From: a virus
Lineage: Duplodnaviria; Caudoviricetes
DNA length: 25,851 nucleotides
IMG/VR virus record: IMGVR_UViG_3300030330_000456
Coordinates: 1 to 25,851 of that record
Strand: one strand, 5' to 3'
Positions 25,581 to 25,851 of this stretch are shown here, piece after piece (position 1 is the first letter of the stretch; each line of letters starts with the position of its first letter). The translations under genes were made by a program, and so were the position numbers. The notes below the pieces were generated by a model. The model was not told the DNA's origin and made no database searches. It saw nothing but the letters and a program-made list of their open reading frames with translations.

Positions 25581-25851
25581 TAGTTACCCTCCAGTGCTGT
25601 CAGTCGTGTTTCAATGTCAACCAGCCGCTGCTCTGTTGCTGCACCGATAAATGCCAGCAATTCGGGATAGCGGACACCAAGACGGGTGCGCTGCGTTGCG
25701 CCTTCCGGTGCTTCGTCGGCTGTGTAGTATTTGTCTATGCGGGTATGGGCGTCACGCGCCTCAACGCCAGCTTCCTCGTCAGCCTCGACAGCCGGAACAT
25801 CTGTGCTGGTTTCCCACCAAGTGTCAGAACACCAGAACGCATACTTGCTTG
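25580..25851 (-). CDS. C-terminal end of a tail fibre/spike with peptidase S74-like intramolecular chaperone (partial)
   Basis: Manual translation ...SKYAFWCSDTWWE...RTRLGVRYPELLAFIGAATEQRLVDIETRLTALEGN*, which resembles the endosialidase-type chaperone ending. TAATG overlap with 25122..25580. Confidence 0.75.
   Translation of the reverse strand, partial: SKYAFWCSDTWWETSTDVPAVEADEEAGVEARDAHTRIDKYYTADEAPEGATQRTRLGVRYPELLAFIGAATEQRLVDIETRLTALEGN

Noticed and set aside
1-25851. tRNA, rRNA, integrase, phage RNA polymerase, capsid or terminase genes
   Set aside because: None recognised in this window; they may lie outside it.

Overview
This window is a fragment of a marine dsDNA podovirus-like phage genome with three blocks. 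(1) 1-1527, minus strand: small early or accessory genes, including a ribbon-helix-helix-like protein and a 50-aa ArfA-like ORF missing from the ORF track. (2) 1626-11976, plus strand: a replication and nucleotide-metabolism operon. It encodes a primase, an SF4 helicase, a stand-alone 3'-5' exonuclease, a family A DNA polymerase with a DnaJ-type CXXCXGXG zinc finger, an SSB-like protein, a Cas4-like nuclease, a T7 endonuclease I-like protein, DUF3310, a class II ribonucleotide reductase and small ORFs. (3) 11973-25851, minus strand: a virion module with probable internal/ejection proteins, a tandem array of small tail-associated paralogs and the end of a tail fibre with an S74-like chaperone. 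The DnaJ-containing PolA recalls HMO-2011-type and related marine alphaproteobacterial phages; this assignment is inferred, not searched. The most unusual signals are an oriented TGACAAAA octamer cluster around the divergent promoter region, the ArfA-like peptide, 'GDLA' cassette junctions that double as ribosome-binding sites, and the split polymerase. All family calls come from motif recognition by eye; no database search was run.
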